A DNA stretch of 64,000 nucleotides. It comes from the human T2T-CHM13v2.0 reference genome, Homo sapiens. The position numbers were made by a program, and so were the translations under genes. Positions 63,148 through 64,000 of the stretch are shown here, piece by piece. The notes under the pieces are model-generated. The model saw only the letters and a program-made list of their open reading frames with translations. It had not been told where the DNA came from and ran no database searches. Numbering within the stretch: position 1 is the stretch's first letter; each line of letters opens with the position of its first letter. The stretch is taken from assembly GCF_009914755.1 (NCBI RefSeq), contig NC_060940.1; one strand, written 5' to 3'.

Positions 63148-64000
63148 TTTTTGAAAATGAAAAACCCCGACATTCAAAAATAAAATTAATTGTGTTTTCT
63201 GGAAATGTTATAGTGCAAACTTTTTACATATGTGTGCTGGTCACTCTATCCCTTGACTGATGATTACAACAAAGAGTTGAGAAAGTAATCATAAGCCCTA
63301 TTTACTCACAGGAACTCTCAAATAAGAGGACCTTCAAATATATCTCAAATAAGAGATAACTAGTTTGGCCTAAATGTATGGCACAATTTAAAGCATTTAT
63401 TTCATCATCATCATCCTGTTAGAATTTTTAAAACCACAATATTTTCAACTTTGTTCAAACTTGGAGATACCTTTCCAGGTCTACTATTTCTAGAAAAGTT
63501 CTTAGGTGAGACCTGCAAGAGACAGAGTGAGTTATTTTTTTACTGACACTATTCTCTGCCAAGGGAGAAGTTTTCCAGAGAGTACAAGGAAAGATTCAGG
63601 ATTAGCAAATTCCATCAGCTTCTTAGGAATGAAATGTCTGGGAAAATAATCTTTTTAAGAATACCACCCATTAGTCCAGTTCTCTGAAGGGAAAATATCA
63701 AACTGGAAAAACAGATTCAGACCTAAAAATAATTAAGTCACTTTAAAAGCATATTTTATCTTGATCTCTCTCCCTTTTAGGATTTCTTCAAAACAGAAGC
63801 CATAAACTTCTCAAAAGACAATTACTAGAAGAAAGTAGTCCTAATTAGGATATGTGTCAAGAAAACCTAATTATCAATTTGCCTAATTAAAATGAATATC
63901 TGAACATGCCTTAGGAATGTGAGCTTTCTCAGGTGAGACATGTACAATTTTTTTTAATCAACATCCGTCAACAGAGCCTAGCACATTATGTTAACAGGGA

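Overview
Primate (almost certainly human) genomic DNA, nearly all intronic and rich in repeats. The only protein-coding sequence I can support is one 219-nt internal exon on the minus strand (46219-46437). Its translation ([21 protein letters not shown]...[11 protein letters not shown]) is one I recognise as exon 2 of CPPED1, a calcineurin-like metallophosphoesterase. That makes 1-46218 intron 2 and 46438-64000 intron 1. The rest is about 54 Alu copies or fragments, L1/L2/MIR remnants, LTRs (THE1, MST, MLT1, MLT2, MER21, LTR16/33-like), DNA-transposon fossils (Tigger1, Tigger4, MER2, MADE1, MER30, MER81, MER20, MER5) and microsatellites. I found no evidence for a new gene system, and the supplied ORFs are repeat-derived or chance. 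The best second-look items are: a retroposed U7 snRNA pseudogene lacking its Sm site; a 29-bp minisatellite built from a MER81 terminal inverted repeat; the symmetric exon, which is flanked by inverted Alus and would form a stop-free 73-codon circle; several locally templated (template-switch-like) insertions; a MADE1 miR-548-type hairpin; and nested insertions that date transposon activity. Repeat family calls come from remembered consensus sequences, and boundaries are approximate unless stated otherwise.
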